This document shows positions 18,129-28,248 of a stretch of 63,535 nt of DNA, piece by piece. Source of the DNA: a virus (lineage: Duplodnaviria > Caudoviricetes). A program made the translations under genes and the position numbers. Location: IMG/VR virus record IMGVR_UViG_3300021446_000257, positions 1 through 63,535 of that record; one strand, written 5' to 3'. Under the pieces are notes generated by a model. The model was not told the DNA's origin, did no database searches, and saw only the letters and a list, made by a program, of their open reading frames with translations. Position 1 is the first letter of the stretch, and the number at the start of each line of letters is the position of its first letter.

Positions 18129-19052
18129 TCACGAACCGCCGCCGTCGTACAAATCCTCGCGCCACGCGAGAACCGTGCCGTCCGGCAGTCCGACCCGGAC
18201 GTTCGTCGCATTGGGATGGTCGGTCGCCACGAGGTCCGCCGCGGCGACGGTGCCGTTCGACTGGCCGACTCGGCCCTCGGTGTTCACAAGCGCCGGACTA
18301 TCCGTATCGGCGAGCGGGAGGAGTTGCGTGCCGCCGGACCCGTCACCCGATTCGGCGTAACCCACGGGGACGGGCGCGGCGAGGTAATCATATCGAAACT
18401 GAAAGTCGGCATCATTGCTTCCGTCAATATCGTGGTCGAAAACATTAGTTCCGTCAGACAACCCGGATATAGACTTCCATGGGGTTACGTTTCCATCCGA
18501 TAACGTCCCGCCTTCTGAAGCACTATTCCCGTTGTTTAGCGTGACTTTCGGGTCTTGGGTCTCTACGGTGTGTTGGGCGCTGTACCACGTGTTTGTTTCG
18601 ACGTAAACGTCGGTCCCTCCATACCCATTCTTAAGTTCGATGGTTATCGTTAGGGAACTTGCTTTATCGGGAACGTCTTCGGTACGGTCGGGGTCCCGTA
18701 TTACATCTGAGAATTGGTTACTACCCGAACCCCCGCCATCTACATCCCAACGTGCCTCGTATTCGTTCCCGTCTTTTGGTCCCTCCGCCGAATAATCGAA
18801 CGTCTTATATTCAAGAGTTTGCCCGTCTGATACAGACTGCCAATCCAAAGTTCGCGTGACAGAGTTCCCTTCTCCACGGAAACTAGTCCTGGTATTGTTT
18901 CTATGGAGGCCAGTGTTGGTTCTTTGCTCAGAATCCCCTCTCCACCGAACCTCAAGCTCATTGCTGACGAGGGTATAGGTGTCAGGAACATCGAACGAGG
19001 TTTGCTCTCCTTCCCTAACGCTCTCCCACCCGGACGTGTACGTCTCGGCCAT
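18129..19052 (-). CDS. Putative virion tail protein
   Basis: Beta-rich, in tail operon, lower GC. Confidence 0.62.
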   Translation of the reverse strand: MAETYTSGWESVREGEQTSFDVPDTYTLVSNELEVRWRGDSEQRTNTGLHRNNTRTSFRGEGNSVTRTLDWQSVSDGQTLEYKTFDYSAEGPKDGNEYEARWDVDGGGSGSNQFSDVIRDPDRTEDVPDKASSLTITIELKNGYGGTDVYVETNTWYSAQHTVETQDPKVTLNNGNSASEGGTLSDGNVTPWKSISGLSDGTNVFDHDIDGSNDADFQFRYDYLAAPVPVGYAESGDGSGGTQLLPLADTDSPALVNTEGRVGQSNGTVAAADLVATDHPNATNVRVGLPDGTVLAWREDLYDGGGS

Positions 19053-19795
19053 CAGAGGTCAGTCCGAATCCACACCCGTCCTTCGGGGTTCGTGGGCGTA
19101 CTCGTTCGTTGTTCGATTTCCAGCGCCGCGTCACTCGCGTCAACCGCCGAGTTCGCGGTAAGCTTGTCGACCGTGGCATCCGCGTTACCGGCATCGATAG
19201 CGTTCGCCACGGCGAGCGTGTCAACCGTCGCCGAATCCAGAGACACGTCGCCCGTTACCGAGAGATCGCCGAGGAGTTCGAGCGTTTCGAGGACCGCGCT
19301 CGGCGCTCTCCGTTCTTCAGCGTAGGTCTCTGCGTCCGTATCCACTTCGCCGATCTTAATAGCATCCACGGGGACGGTCGCTCCGTCGCTCTCGGCGCTC
19401 AGGATCGGCGCATCGCCACCGCCACGGTTCACCGAGGCGTGGATGTCGTTCACGCCCGCGCCGAGCGAGAGTGGTGCGTTCGCCCCGCTGGGGGAGTACG
19501 CATCCGCCTGCGATTTCATGAGCACCAGCCGGCGCTCCTCGGCGTGGTTCGTGATGTTCCCATTCTCGTCTTCGGTGCGCCACTCCGCCGTGGCGGTGTC
19601 GAGGAGGACGCAGAACACGCCCGTCGAGATAGCAAGCTGGTCGGCGTTCAACCCCGAGTCCTCCCACCCCGGCGTGAAGTGCAACCCTTCTTGGACGTAA
19701 TCGGAGGCGTTAGGATGGCCAGCAATGGCCCCGACGTTCTCGGCCGCATCGGCGGTTGAGGCTTTGATGAGTGTGGTTTCGACCATCGCTATCAC
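19052..19795 (-). CDS. Putative tail/baseplate structural protein
   Basis: IGEVDT motif; C-terminal EQRTSTPTNPEGRVWIRTDL; gene order. Confidence 0.65.
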   Translation of the reverse strand: MIAMVETTLIKASTADAAENVGAIAGHPNASDYVQEGLHFTPGWEDSGLNADQLAISTGVFCVLLDTATAEWRTEDENGNITNHAEERRLVLMKSQADAYSPSGANAPLSLGAGVNDIHASVNRGGGDAPILSAESDGATVPVDAIKIGEVDTDAETYAEERRAPSAVLETLELLGDLSVTGDVSLDSATVDTLAVANAIDAGNADATVDKLTANSAVDASDAALEIEQRTSTPTNPEGRVWIRTDL

Positions 19796-20169
19796 GCCCT
19801 TTCAAGGTCAATCGGCATCTCGAACTCCTCGGTGTAACTCGCGTTCAAGGTGGTTCCGTTGAACACGTCCCGAGCGAGCGGGAGGCCGATCGCCCCGACG
19901 ATAACGTTCATCTCGGTGATGGTCGTCCCAGCGGGGATTTGGTCACCGCCCGTGATCTCGATGATGCCGGCGTACTCGCCCGGCGCGGTGCCGTCGATGA
20001 AGTCTACGTCTATGCCCGAGGAGGCGTACACGCGCTGGGTGAGCGATGCGTCTGTCGTTGACTCGGGATCGGAGCCGACGCCGACGGCGATCGTGTCGAG
20101 CTCGCCACCGACGCTGCCGAGTACCGAATCGCGGTAGTAGTCGAGTCCCGCGTCTGATGTCGTGACCAT
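19792..20169 (-). CDS. Tail-fibre attachment/baseplate protein
   Basis: G.D...IAVGVG..P....DASL..R pattern; gene order. Confidence 0.68.
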   Translation of the reverse strand: MVTTSDAGLDYYRDSVLGSVGGELDTIAVGVGSDPESTTDASLTQRVYASSGIDVDFIDGTAPGEYAGIIEITGGDQIPAGTTITEMNVIVGAIGLPLARDVFNGTTLNASYTEEFEMPIDLERA

Positions 20170-20208
20170 GTTGAATTTTCTCCGGAGAGTTCGCCGCGGC
20201 TTTTTTCG

Positions 20209-20916
20209 CTACTGTGCCGAGTCGGCCTTCACGCCACGATTCCCGTCGAACGTGCCACTCCCGTCGAACGTGCCGTCACCGAACCCCGACGTGCTCGTCG
20301 TGGTCCGCTCGACAGGGGCGACGAACAGCGCCAACCGTTCGGCCGGGAACTTGTATGACCGATTGGGGGCGCTCGTACCCTCGCTCACTGTGACGCGCGC
20401 CGTGTCGGTTCGATACCGGACCGGCTCGCGGAGTTTTACGAGCGAGGGTTCGGCGATGTCCGTCGTCCTGTGGAGCAACTCAACTTCGTGGGCGGACCAG
20501 TCGGCCAAGGTCAGCTCGTACTCGTGATTGATGTAGTCCTCCGCGATCTCGATGTCCTCCGGGGAGGTGCGAGCGGCGGCGGCGACGGCGAATCGGATGT
20601 CGCTGTTGGTCCCGCGTCCGGAAAATGAGTCCACAAGCGAGGCGAGATAGTTGGCATACGCCGCCCCGCCGCGACCGAAGCGCTGGCCGAGTTCGCCATA
20701 TCGCGCGCCGGCGTTTTCGAGTGACGTGACGGATGCCCGCGAGAGGTAGTGGCTGGCGATGACCTGCGCGAGCGCAAGGTCGGCCGTGTCGAACACGTCC
20801 TGATGGGCGCTACACCACCGCGCGAACACGGAATCCGCGGCGCGGGGGAAGCGGGCCGGGAACCCATCGATGAACTCGGTGTCGAGCGTGCGCTCGGGGT
20901 TGGCTTCCGAGGGCAC
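20209..20916 (-). CDS. Baseplate wedge protein (gpI-like)
   Basis: Follows J-like gene; LE..GARYG..G.R..R.....Y...L.....F.GRGT. Confidence 0.7.
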   Translation of the reverse strand: MPSEANPERTLDTEFIDGFPARFPRAADSVFARWCSAHQDVFDTADLALAQVIASHYLSRASVTSLENAGARYGELGQRFGRGGAAYANYLASLVDSFSGRGTNSDIRFAVAAAARTSPEDIEIAEDYINHEYELTLADWSAHEVELLHRTTDIAEPSLVKLREPVRYRTDTARVTVSEGTSAPNRSYKFPAERLALFVAPVERTTTSTSGFGDGTFDGSGTFDGNRGVKADSAQ

Positions 20917-20919
20917 GGA

Positions 20920-22377
20920 TCAAAGACCCTCCGTCGTGAACGCCACCGCACCGGCGATGATCTTCCCGCGTTCGGAGACCTCCACATCTCCACTGACGCC
21001 ATAGCTCACGTCGAAGTCCGTACCGTCATCGGGGCTCGTACCCCCCGAGAGGAACGTGATCGTATCGGGCACGCCGTCGCTGTCCGTGTCAGCCACCTCA
21101 TAATCCGTGCCTTCGGTGAGGGTGGTTTCGCCCCCGCCGACGATGGCGGTGAGTGTATCGACGCCCTCGGTGGTTGCCATCTGCTGGAGTGGATAGTCAC
21201 TCGTCCCCGATTGATAGGTGTAGGATTCCCCTACGACATCCACCATCAGGTCGTCGTGGTCCTCGACGCCCGACGCCGCATCCATGATCGCCGCGCCGAG
21301 CGGGCCATCGCGGAGTGCTTCGCCGAGGCCGAGGCTCGATAGGTATTCGGCGACGTTGCTCTCGACGGTCGCGGCCGTCACGTCCGCCGCCGGGTCCACG
21401 AGCACCGTCGCCGAGAGGTCCACGGTCAGCGTCTCCGGCCGCGTCGCCGTGTGGTATATTGAAGAGGGTTTGGCTTCGTCGACGGCCTCTTGGAGGTCGC
21501 TCAGGGTCGCTCCGGAGTCAACAACCACCTCCCCCCAACTGATCGCGGCTTTGTCGCCCTGTTCGTTCAGGGGCGCATCGTCGTAGGGCGGAACGCTCTT
21601 GCCGGGATGTTCAACCACGAGCACGTCGTTAAGGTCGACGTCGTCGAACGCCCGCTCGATCGACCCTTCGATTCCTCGGACCGTGCCACCGCCCGAGGTA
21701 CGCGTGAGCGCCGTTCGTGTGCGTCGGCGGAGCGAGGCATTGGATTCCTCGTCCTCGCCACCGCTGGTCGCATCGGGATTCGTGACACTCTCGACGCCCG
21801 TCGGCCGGTCGTAGAAGGTGTTGATCGACCCCGACCCCACATTGGAGGATGCCCCACGCGAGAGTGCCTCGATCGGCGCGGTGACGTTCGTCTGGACGCC
21901 CGTAGGGCTCACGGTCTCGGTCGTCTGGTACCCGTAGCGCGTGCCGTCGATCAACGCGCCGGTGTAGAGTTCCGTTCCGGCGGCGATCTCCGTTTCGGCC
22001 GTATTGGTGACGAACAACACCTCGCCGGTGGCGAACTCGCCGGGGTCGCGTTCGACGCCGTTCTGCTCGGCGAGGGCATCGAGGTCCGAGCGATTCGTGT
22101 ACTGTTGGAGAAGGTCGATGTCGACGGCCGACGGCTCGATACCAACGGTTTCGAGTTTGTCGGCCGTGATCGGACCGCCGGCAGTGTCGACCCACCCTGA
22201 GAGTTGGGCGGCGAGTCCGAGGTGGGTGATCCGCTCGACGAATCCGCCGATGCCCTGTTCGGTAATCTGGTTGTTCGCCGCCCCTTCGATGAAGTTGGTA
22301 AGTGCCGGGACCTCATCGGAGAGGGACTCGCGGAGCTGTTCGGCGGCTTCCTGTTTTGAGAGTGTCTCTATGGGCAT
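20920..22377 (-). CDS. Baseplate J-like protein
   Basis: LDALAEQNGVERDPGEFATG, VTNPDATSGGEDEESNASLRRR, GGGTVRGI motifs. Confidence 0.9.
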   Translation of the reverse strand: MPIETLSKQEAAEQLRESLSDEVPALTNFIEGAANNQITEQGIGGFVERITHLGLAAQLSGWVDTAGGPITADKLETVGIEPSAVDIDLLQQYTNRSDLDALAEQNGVERDPGEFATGEVLFVTNTAETEIAAGTELYTGALIDGTRYGYQTTETVSPTGVQTNVTAPIEALSRGASSNVGSGSINTFYDRPTGVESVTNPDATSGGEDEESNASLRRRTRTALTRTSGGGTVRGIEGSIERAFDDVDLNDVLVVEHPGKSVPPYDDAPLNEQGDKAAISWGEVVVDSGATLSDLQEAVDEAKPSSIYHTATRPETLTVDLSATVLVDPAADVTAATVESNVAEYLSSLGLGEALRDGPLGAAIMDAASGVEDHDDLMVDVVGESYTYQSGTSDYPLQQMATTEGVDTLTAIVGGGETTLTEGTDYEVADTDSDGVPDTITFLSGGTSPDDGTDFDVSYGVSGDVEVSERGKIIAGAVAFTTEGL

Positions 22378-22395
22378 TGTTCGTGTCAGGAAACT

Positions 22396-22929
22396 TCACA
22401 GCGGCAGGACGCCACGCACGGTCTCGCCGCCGACTGTCTCGCAGCGATACTCCACGGCGAGTCCGTCCGTGCTGCTCTCGATTGTTTCGAGTGTCGCACT
22501 CTCGATTCGGGGATCGGCGGCGAGGGCCTGTTCCCCACGCGAGGCCGCACGGTTGCGCGTTGCTGGCGAGACGACACTCCCGATCAACGATTCGAGTTCC
22601 TCGGTACCGTTGAACGCTAGATCCTTCGTGAGTTCCGCAACCCCTGATGTGATGCCGAGGTCGCCATCGCCCGCGATCACGAAATCGAACGGATACCGGG
22701 CGCGGCCGGCGCGCACGTCCTCGCGACTGGCGAGGGCGAACCCGCGGCCGTACTTCTCGGCAGCGGCCTCGGCTTCCCTCTGCTGGAGGAGTCCCTGTCG
22801 CGTGGGATCGCGTTCGTCACCGATGTCCGGCGCGACACCCGGGGTTTCGCCGGTGAGGAGTTCGTCGTCGGGGTCGACAGCCCCGCCGTAGGTCCCGCCC
22901 TCGTCGCCGTAGTTTCCGGTGCCCCACAT
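22396..22929 (-). CDS. Baseplate W/gp25-like protein
   Basis: DFVIAGDGDL..SG..EL.KDL...DPRI; located between spike and J. Confidence 0.7.
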   Translation of the reverse strand: MWGTGNYGDEGGTYGGAVDPDDELLTGETPGVAPDIGDERDPTRQGLLQQREAEAAAEKYGRGFALASREDVRAGRARYPFDFVIAGDGDLGITSGVAELTKDLAFNGTEELESLIGSVVSPATRNRAASRGEQALAADPRIESATLETIESSTDGLAVEYRCETVGGETVRGVLPL

Positions 22930-22947
22930 CTCTACTGATTCGTCTGA

Positions 22948-24696
22948 TTAAACATCGGGTTCTTCACAGCCGGCCGTTTTGAGCCCGCGCACGGTACAGT
23001 TCTGGAAGTCCGACGACACAACAGAACAGCAGTCGAGCACCTCGGTGCTTCCGTTGCCCACCACGGGTGTCTGCGAGGTCGGCCCGGTAAACGAGGAGTC
23101 GCGGATCACCACACCGGGCGCGTCGATGTTCACCATGTTCGTCTCGTCGTTTTCGGAGTAGAATCGGCAGTTCCGAACGGTGAAATCGCTCGTGGAGTCG
23201 TTGATTTCAACCAGCGGCGACGTGGGCATGTTCGAGGTGTGAATGAAGTCGACGTTTTCGGCGTACCCGCCCGCGAAGTTGTAGTCGCCAGACTCGACGC
23301 GCAGCCCGCGGGTGGCCTTCGGCGTGCCCGTGTCTTGCTCAATCTGCCGTGATGGATCCATATCGATGCGGATGGTGGCGTCGGTGATCCACGATCCCGA
23401 CCCGGAGATGCGCATATTCGTGTTATTGCAGTTTGCGAAGTACCCGCCCGTGACCTGAACGTTTCCTGCGGCGCGACTGCCATAGATCGAATGTTCGCCA
23501 CGGTACTCGATCCGGCAGTTGACCGCTTCGAGGAGGCCGTTATGGCCGTTCGGCGCGATCATCGCGCCGGTGTTGTTCCGTCCATCATACGAGATGATGC
23601 CGACCTCCGGATCGGTGTAGGAGTAGTTCTCAACGCGGGCCGTCGCGCCGTTGTCCATCCCGACGTTGATGGCGTAGGCATCCCCGACGCCCTCGCCGAC
23701 GTTGGAGTGGAACGGTTCGCCGATGTTGACTTCGTTCGGCGATTTGCCGTCGTGCTGGACATTGTAGAGGTAGCTACTCTGCCCGCTTGTCATGGCGACG
23801 TTGACGAACGCCGCCGGATGGTTCGATTGATCGAAGGTAAGATTCGACATGGCGACCCGCCCCTGCAAGTTGAACATCCTGGCGGCTTTCCCGTCAGGAA
23901 ACTGAAATCGAACGTCGCCACGTTTGCCGCCCGTGCCCTGAAGCCAGAGGTTGTTCTGGCCGAGGACGATGCCCGATGTACCCTCCGGTCGGACGCGGTA
24001 GGTTCCGGTCGGAATCTCCAAGAGCGTGTCTGATTCGAGGCTTTTGAGCGCGTCGTTGACGGGCCGATCGCCGGTGGGGTCCATCCCGAGACCATCGACG
24101 GCGTCTACAGTCGTCGTGGGGCTGAATCCGGGGTTGCCTACGCCCGTGCCGTCTCCGCCCGCCGTGCCCGGTGCGGCAGAGGGGAACGAGCCACCGCCGA
24201 CACCCACGCCGCCGCCACCTCCGCCAGCACCGGCCGTCGTGAGCGTCCCCTGCGAGTCGGTGAGGGCGATCGTGCCCTCCGCGTCGATAGAGAGGTCCTG
24301 ACCAGCAGCGATAGTGACGTTCCCATTGGGCCGGAGTTCGAGCCGCGTCCCGCCGCGCTCGAAGGCGAACACGCCCTCCGTGGCTGTAGGGGCGCGTGCC
24401 TCGGCGTCGTGGAAGGAGCCGGTGATGACGGGCTCGCCCTTCTCGCCGCCAACCCACACGAGTTGGACGAGCGCCCCCTCTCTCGGCAGGGCGACCATTC
24501 CCGGCGTTGGCTGTTGGATGTGCGCCTCCGGGATTCGTGTGTCAGTCCCCGATAGGATCACATCGGCCTCGTGATTTGAGTCATCGCCGGTCTCGGTATG
24601 GTGGTAGACCTTCTCGACGGTCCCGAATCGTGGATTCGAGAGTTCTTCGCGGGCCGCCTCCTTCGTGGCCTCGCGTTCGGTGGGTTCGCCGGGCAC
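22948..24696 (-). CDS. Baseplate spike (gpV-like) fused to a C-terminal beta-helix domain
   Basis: N-terminal OB-fold (ALPREG.LV...GG...PVI.G); Gly linker; right-handed beta-helix repeats. Confidence 0.78.
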   Translation of the reverse strand: MPGEPTEREATKEAAREELSNPRFGTVEKVYHHTETGDDSNHEADVILSGTDTRIPEAHIQQPTPGMVALPREGALVQLVWVGGEKGEPVITGSFHDAEARAPTATEGVFAFERGGTRLELRPNGNVTIAAGQDLSIDAEGTIALTDSQGTLTTAGAGGGGGGVGVGGGSFPSAAPGTAGGDGTGVGNPGFSPTTTVDAVDGLGMDPTGDRPVNDALKSLESDTLLEIPTGTYRVRPEGTSGIVLGQNNLWLQGTGGKRGDVRFQFPDGKAARMFNLQGRVAMSNLTFDQSNHPAAFVNVAMTSGQSSYLYNVQHDGKSPNEVNIGEPFHSNVGEGVGDAYAINVGMDNGATARVENYSYTDPEVGIISYDGRNNTGAMIAPNGHNGLLEAVNCRIEYRGEHSIYGSRAAGNVQVTGGYFANCNNTNMRISGSGSWITDATIRIDMDPSRQIEQDTGTPKATRGLRVESGDYNFAGGYAENVDFIHTSNMPTSPLVEINDSTSDFTVRNCRFYSENDETNMVNIDAPGVVIRDSSFTGPTSQTPVVGNGSTEVLDCCSVVSSDFQNCTVRGLKTAGCEEPDV

Positions 24697-25853
24697 TACG
24701 AGTCACCACCGTTGGTACCATCGCTGCTGCCACCACTGCCGCCACCATCGCCGACTCGCCCGCCGAGTTGCAGACGGGTCTTGAAGCCCTGATCGTCGAT
24801 GGTGTGCTTGACTGCCGAGGCGAGAAACGTCTGTCCCGAGAAGTGGTCGTTTCGCGGGAGTGAGACGGCATCCAGCGCGCGCGGCCTGGGGTCGCCAACG
24901 AGCTCGACCGTGCCGTAGGCCGCCTGCTTTTCGTACTCTTTTAGGAGGGCGTTCGCCACGTTTTGAGCCATTCGATCGGAGCGGATCGTCTTGTCGGTGA
25001 ATCGGCGCGTCTGTGGCGACGAAGCGTTCTCGTCGCCCGCCGTCGCTTTGACCGACTCTTTCGAGAGCATCCTGCCCTCGGAGTTCTTTGACTGCGCGCC
25101 GACGACCACGACCTTCGTGTACGGTTGGGCCTGCTCGCCGCCGTCGAACTTCAAGATGCTATGCAGGTCGACCGCCTCCGAATCGGGCGTCGGGCGGAGT
25201 TGTACCGTGTTCGTCTCGTCGACGTACCACACGCCGTCGAGCCGACGCGCGCACTCGGCGATGACGTTCGCGCACTTCGCCTCGTTGTAAGTCTTCCTGA
25301 CGAGTAGCGGGTCGCCCGAGACGTTGCTCTCGTTGCTATCAGTGTCGGTGCCGGTATCGGTGTCAGTGCCAGCGCCACCCGCGTCGCCGGCCACGTTCGG
25401 CGAGCGCTCTTTGAGTTCGTCTAAGAACTCGGCCGTGCGCTCGAACGTCGGCGCGATTTCTCCAGCCACGCCTGCTTTGAGGAGCGCGGTGGTGGCGACG
25501 TCCGCCACCGAAACCTCGTAGAACTCCCGGGAGAGGGTCGCCTGTTTGAGTCGGCGAACGGCATCGAACGCGCGGACGAACACCTCGCCGTCGCCCGTCC
25601 GGCGTGACTCGTCGACCGTCGCCGTCCCGACGGTGGTATCGTTGATCGACAGTGCGATCTCGGTGCCGGTATCGGGCGGTTCGGGGTCGTCGAACCCGTC
25701 GGGCTTGCCCGTTACTTCCATCAGGGCAGCCTCGCTGAACCGCGAGGACTCCCAGCGGATCTGTGACGGCGTGATGTTCGTGTCCGGCGTTGACGCCGAC
25801 GCTTCGACGTACCGAACGCTCTCGCCGGACGAGGGATCGGGAGTTGTGGACAT
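24696..25853 (-). CDS. Baseplate hub (gpD/gp44-like)
   Basis: WYVDETN, GDPR....V.L, V.HTIDDQGF.T.L motifs; gene order. Confidence 0.78.
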   Translation of the reverse strand: MSTTPDPSSGESVRYVEASASTPDTNITPSQIRWESSRFSEAALMEVTGKPDGFDDPEPPDTGTEIALSINDTTVGTATVDESRRTGDGEVFVRAFDAVRRLKQATLSREFYEVSVADVATTALLKAGVAGEIAPTFERTAEFLDELKERSPNVAGDAGGAGTDTDTGTDTDSNESNVSGDPLLVRKTYNEAKCANVIAECARRLDGVWYVDETNTVQLRPTPDSEAVDLHSILKFDGGEQAQPYTKVVVVGAQSKNSEGRMLSKESVKATAGDENASSPQTRRFTDKTIRSDRMAQNVANALLKEYEKQAAYGTVELVGDPRPRALDAVSLPRNDHFSGQTFLASAVKHTIDDQGFKTRLQLGGRVGDGGGSGGSSDGTNGGDS

Positions 25854-25939
25854 CTTTAAACAGCGAGGTGACGGTGGGGTGCAGGTTGGGGACGGGGAGT
25901 GTGTTTGGTCGGCGCGGGCGACGCCAAGCGCTACCTTAG

Positions 25940-26365
25940 TCAGCGAGAGAGTCCCGTTTCGAGTTCCTGGCGGCCGACCCGAAACGTGAACGAACCGGGA
26001 AACGCTTCGGCGAGTTCGATGCTATATCGGAACACCCGCTCATCAGGGTGGTCGGGCTTACCGCCCCATCCGTCGCCGTCCGATCGGGTGGTGCTGGTTT
26101 CGAGGGCTACGACCTCGCCCGATCCCCGATAGTGGATGAGTTCGACGACCTCGCCGCGGTCGAGCGACTCGATGAAGTTCGCATCCTCGTAGAAGGCCCC
26201 GCCACTGAGCGAGAGCGACCGTGATTCTTCCCCGAGCACCTGAATCACGGCGTCGCCGCCGATCGGCTCGAACTCCGCCGTTCGCGTGCCTTTGGAGGTA
26301 TCGAGGTACGGGTACTTCCACGTGAGTTTACGGCCGTTGAGCACGACTCTGGGTGTTTTGGGCAT
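25940..26365 (-). CDS. Tail tube initiator-like protein
   Basis: PIGGDAVIQVLGE...LSLSG; precedes hub; start MPKTP. Confidence 0.68.
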   Translation of the reverse strand: MPKTPRVVLNGRKLTWKYPYLDTSKGTRTAEFEPIGGDAVIQVLGEESRSLSLSGGAFYEDANFIESLDRGEVVELIHYRGSGEVVALETSTTRSDGDGWGGKPDHPDERVFRYSIELAEAFPGSFTFRVGRQELETGLSR

Positions 26366-26395
26366 GGGTGAGTGTGGCCGTACAGTTGTTCCTTT

Positions 26396-26493
26396 AATCG
26401 TCGCGTTCGGCGAACTGCCGATTCCGCAGCGTCTCTTCCCACTCAATCAGGCCGCCGCTACCTCCTCACTCCCGTTCCCAGACCATCGTCGTC
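26396..26493. repeat. 98-bp direct repeat, copy A
   Basis: Matches 28251-28348 with one mismatch (26468 A vs 28323 G). Confidence 0.95.
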
Positions 26494-26548
26494 CGTGGAT
26501 TCGGTGGGCGGAGAAGCTGGTGGATTGTCTGTTGCGGGGTCGTTGACT

Positions 26549-28183
26549 CTAATTAGGATACATCGTCAGTCGGACTGTACCGGCGACGTTCTTCCCCGCA
26601 CCACCGTCGGTCAACTCGAACCGTAGTGTACTACTGGTAGAGCCGACCACTGGATTGTCGATACTCCCCGTTTGTGGAGATTCGTCGTAGTCGGTCTTTA
26701 GCAATACGTTTCCACTATCCTCTGTGACTCGGAGTGCCGACCCGCTCGGTGCTTGTGAGGCGTCGCTGGCATCTCGCAAATCCACGTAGAGGACATCGAA
26801 CTTGTACCCTCCCGGGTCGGTGAGAACGGCTTTGGCACTCTCGATGTCCTGAAACTCGTCGCGAGCTTTCGGCAGTGTAATAGTCGTCAACCCGAACAGT
26901 TTTTTCGCGGCGACATTGCCGAGGTCGTCGGCGTTGCCGACCGACACGCTCGAGCCGTCGACCGCCGAACGGGCCTCGTTGTCGGCATAGCGGTCATGGA
27001 GTTGCGGGTGAGAGTGCCCGGCACTGGCGAAATCACTGGCGTCATCGCCGTCCACTTTGTCGACGTTCAACCCGGGTTCGTCGTTTCGTGACAGGACGTT
27101 TGACCCAGATTTCTGGAGGCCGCCCTGGAAGTCCCATGTGCCATCTATTATTTCACTGGTGTCCGAACGCGGGTATCTCGATGCCGGGGTGCCGCCGAGG
27201 TTCGAAGCATCGAACGCCGTACCTCCGATGTCGACGTTCGCACCGTCGACGGCAGTGCGCGCCTCGCTATCGGTATAACGCGAGTGGACCGCTGACCGAG
27301 CTTCACTGTCTGTATATCGGTCGTGAACGTCGGCTTCCAATGCGTAAAACTGAGCCGCCGTGCCTCCGAGGTTGAGAGCGTTGTCTGCCGTCCCAGCGAT
27401 GTCGATATTCGCTCCGTCGACGGCAGTGCGCGCCTCGCTATCGGTATAACGGTCGTGGAGGTCGGCTTGCTTGGCGATGTCCTTTTGGACGCCGCCGGCC
27501 TGCACGAGCCCCGACGGGTATTCAAAGCGAGCGTCATCGAACAGGACGCCCGCATCCCCAGCTCGCGTGTCGAGCGAGGCCACCGAGTCGCCGCCGTCGG
27601 TAGCGACCAGCTCGATTTCCACGAAGCGCGTGTCCGCCGGCAACTGGAGGTCGTGGCTCAGGGGTTGCCACTCGTTCGGGATTTCGCCGGTGCGCCCCGT
27701 CCGCTCGTGGAGTTGGGTCAACGTGGTCGTGCTGGCCGACTGTGCCGCCGTAAGCGAGAGTTCGGAGCCACCATCCGTGTAGGCGCGAACGGCCACGAAC
27801 GCGTCGTCAGTGCCGTAAAATGACTCCGTATTGGCATACGATGGATTGTCGGGGATGGTGCCCGAGACGCGGGCTATCGCTTCGCAGGAGAGTATCTGCT
27901 GGTCCGTCGGGATGGCGTAAGTCTTGACGACCGACCACGACCCCATCGGGTCGTCGGTGATGGGGTGGGTGGGGTGTGGTGAGCCATACGAGCGCGTCGA
28001 ACCGTAGTCGGAGCCGGAAGCCACTTCGTCGGTAATGACGCCGGGCGTGTCACCGCGGAACTCCCATCCGGGCGGCGTCGTGACCTCGCCGAGTTCGCCG
28101 AACTCGAATCCGAGGTTGCTTGTCGGTGCGTCGTCGCGCCGCGTGACAGGACTTCCACGAATCGAAAATACGTTTGGTGGCAT
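26549..28183 (-). CDS. Extra tail-fibre-like protein with HDRYTDSEAR repeats
   Basis: Four H(D/S)RY(T/A)D.EAR repeats, DA.NLGG motifs; flanked by the 98-bp repeats. Confidence 0.75.
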   Translation of the reverse strand: MPPNVFSIRGSPVTRRDDAPTSNLGFEFGELGEVTTPPGWEFRGDTPGVITDEVASGSDYGSTRSYGSPHPTHPITDDPMGSWSVVKTYAIPTDQQILSCEAIARVSGTIPDNPSYANTESFYGTDDAFVAVRAYTDGGSELSLTAAQSASTTTLTQLHERTGRTGEIPNEWQPLSHDLQLPADTRFVEIELVATDGGDSVASLDTRAGDAGVLFDDARFEYPSGLVQAGGVQKDIAKQADLHDRYTDSEARTAVDGANIDIAGTADNALNLGGTAAQFYALEADVHDRYTDSEARSAVHSRYTDSEARTAVDGANVDIGGTAFDASNLGGTPASRYPRSDTSEIIDGTWDFQGGLQKSGSNVLSRNDEPGLNVDKVDGDDASDFASAGHSHPQLHDRYADNEARSAVDGSSVSVGNADDLGNVAAKKLFGLTTITLPKARDEFQDIESAKAVLTDPGGYKFDVLYVDLRDASDASQAPSGSALRVTEDSGNVLLKTDYDESPQTGSIDNPVVGSTSSTLRFELTDGGAGKNVAGTVRLTMYPN

Positions 28184-28248
28184 CGTGTGTTTGTGAGATC
28201 AAACCGGAAATCACGGCCCAGAGAGCGCCCCACGCTACGTTGTTTCCT

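Noticed and set aside
26940-27460. Repeated ~35-bp DNA units resembling an array
   Set aside because: They are in-frame HDRYTDSEAR peptide repeats inside the tail-fibre ORF
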